Sequence record: MZ506873
Direction: 5' to 3' (one strand)
DNA: 45,161 nt
Source of the DNA: Escherichia phage KW1E_UTAR
This document shows positions 44,425 through 45,161 of the stretch, piece by piece (position 1 is the first letter of the stretch; every line of letters starts with the position of its first letter). Both the position numbers and the translations under genes were made by a program. A model generated the notes under the pieces. The model ran no database searches. It was not told the origin of the DNA and was given only the letters and a program-made list of their open reading frames with translations.

Positions 44425-45161
44425 GTGGCTAGTTACGATAAAACTGAAGTCCTTCAGGCAATGCTGACCAGGTGGCCTTCGGCCCTTGCGGAGCTGTGCG
44501 GATGGTCTGCTGATACGTTCAATGAACGGAAGCATTCATCATGCCCGGTCTGTGGTGGGCGGGACCGCTTCAGATGGGGGCATAAGAAGCCGAAGCAGCG
44601 CGACGAAGGGTTCGCATGGTGCAACCAGTGCGGAAGTCACGATGGGATATGGTGGTTCAGTAAGGCGCGAAATCAGTCGTTCGCTGAAGCCATTAACGAT
44701 CTGGGTGAATGGATAGGCGGTATGTCCGTCCAGCAGTTCGACAACGTCGCGAAGAAGGCGAAGGCGATGTCGAAGACGGTGGAGCGTCCGACGGTCCGCA
44801 TAAGCCACGAACAGGCCGAAGAACTGCTATCCCGCCCAGCGAAGGAAGGGTTCATCTATCTGCCGTGTCACGAAGTGGTCGACGGCGACATTCAGGCGCG
44901 CCCGGTCAACGTTGCGCGGGTAGGTAAGGACTTCAGCGTAACATTCGCCGCTGGTCGTGCATTCCCTGATTCACCGACCACGTTCACCTGGGGAAGCGTG
45001 ACGCCAATCAACCGGAAGCTGGACGGGTCGCCTGTCTACATGATCGAGGATCTCGATCTTGGCCTTGAGATAGCGGAGCGACACGACCGCGAAGTGTGGA
45101 TCGCGTGGGGATGCCTGAACATGCTGGAAGTGTCGGGCCGATACACTGGGGAGCGAGAAAT
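44425..45161 (+). CDS. DNA primase (zinc-binding N-terminus plus TOPRIM-like region), N-terminal part
   Basis: CPVCGGRDRFRW...WCNQCGSHDG zinc motif; YMIEDLDLGLEIAE acidic TOPRIM-like block; GTG start at 44425 after AAGGGG; no stop before window end. Confidence 0.7.
   Translation, partial: MASYDKTEVLQAMLTRWPSALAELCGWSADTFNERKHSSCPVCGGRDRFRWGHKKPKQRDEGFAWCNQCGSHDGIWWFSKARNQSFAEAINDLGEWIGGMSVQQFDNVAKKAKAMSKTVERPTVRISHEQAEELLSRPAKEGFIYLPCHEVVDGDIQARPVNVARVGKDFSVTFAAGRAFPDSPTTFTWGSVTPINRKLDGSPVYMIEDLDLGLEIAERHDREVWIAWGCLNMLEVSGRYTGERE
45107..45161. repeat. 55-bp exact duplicate of positions 1-55 (circular closure overlap)
   Basis: Read directly: GGGGATGCCTGAACATGCTGGAAGTGTCGGGCCGATACACTGGGGAGCGAGAAAT at both ends. 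Confidence 0.9.

Noticed and set aside
1-45161. Integrase, CI-like repressor, tRNA genes or CRISPR array
   Set aside because: No tyrosine or serine recombinase-like ORF, no attachment-site-like repeats, no tRNA-like T-arm motifs and no spaced direct-repeat array seen on either strand by eye; a tRNAscan or Aragorn run would confirm.

Overview
The window is a complete, circularly closed tailed-phage genome of about 45.1 kb: the first 55 nt (1-55) are identical to the last 55 nt (45107-45161), and a primase gene runs across that junction. No integrase, CI-like repressor, tRNA or CRISPR array was found, so the phage looks virulent. The layout is modular. On the + strand: a Dam-like N6-adenine methyltransferase and a GcrA-like double-HTH protein, then a lysis cassette (two membrane proteins, GH24 endolysin, Rz with embedded Rz1); later a TerS-like gene, about 18 small early ORFs (including a C5-methyltransferase-like protein and a secreted protein), then terminase large subunit, portal, MuF-like head protein, scaffold, major capsid, neck proteins, major tail protein, G/GT chaperones with a -1 frameshift site, tape measure, lambda-like M-L-K-I-J tail tip, and a tail fibre with a C-terminal intramolecular chaperone domain. 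On the - strand: an accessory block (5176-10774) with a lipoprotein, a membrane-anchored protein and an AAA ATPase with a C-terminal wHTH; and a replication/recombination block (39131-44350) with Cro-like HTH, SSB, ERF, PD-(D/E)XK exonuclease, VRR-NUC-like nuclease and SF2 helicase. The most interesting candidates are the methyltransferase plus GcrA-like reader pair, the iteron-rich 409-bp intergenic region beside the AAA/wHTH gene, and the non-canonical C5-methyltransferase-like gene. All functional calls rest on motif recognition by eye and gene context; no database search was run. Family placement is uncertain (lambda-like tail genes, T1-like overall organisation).
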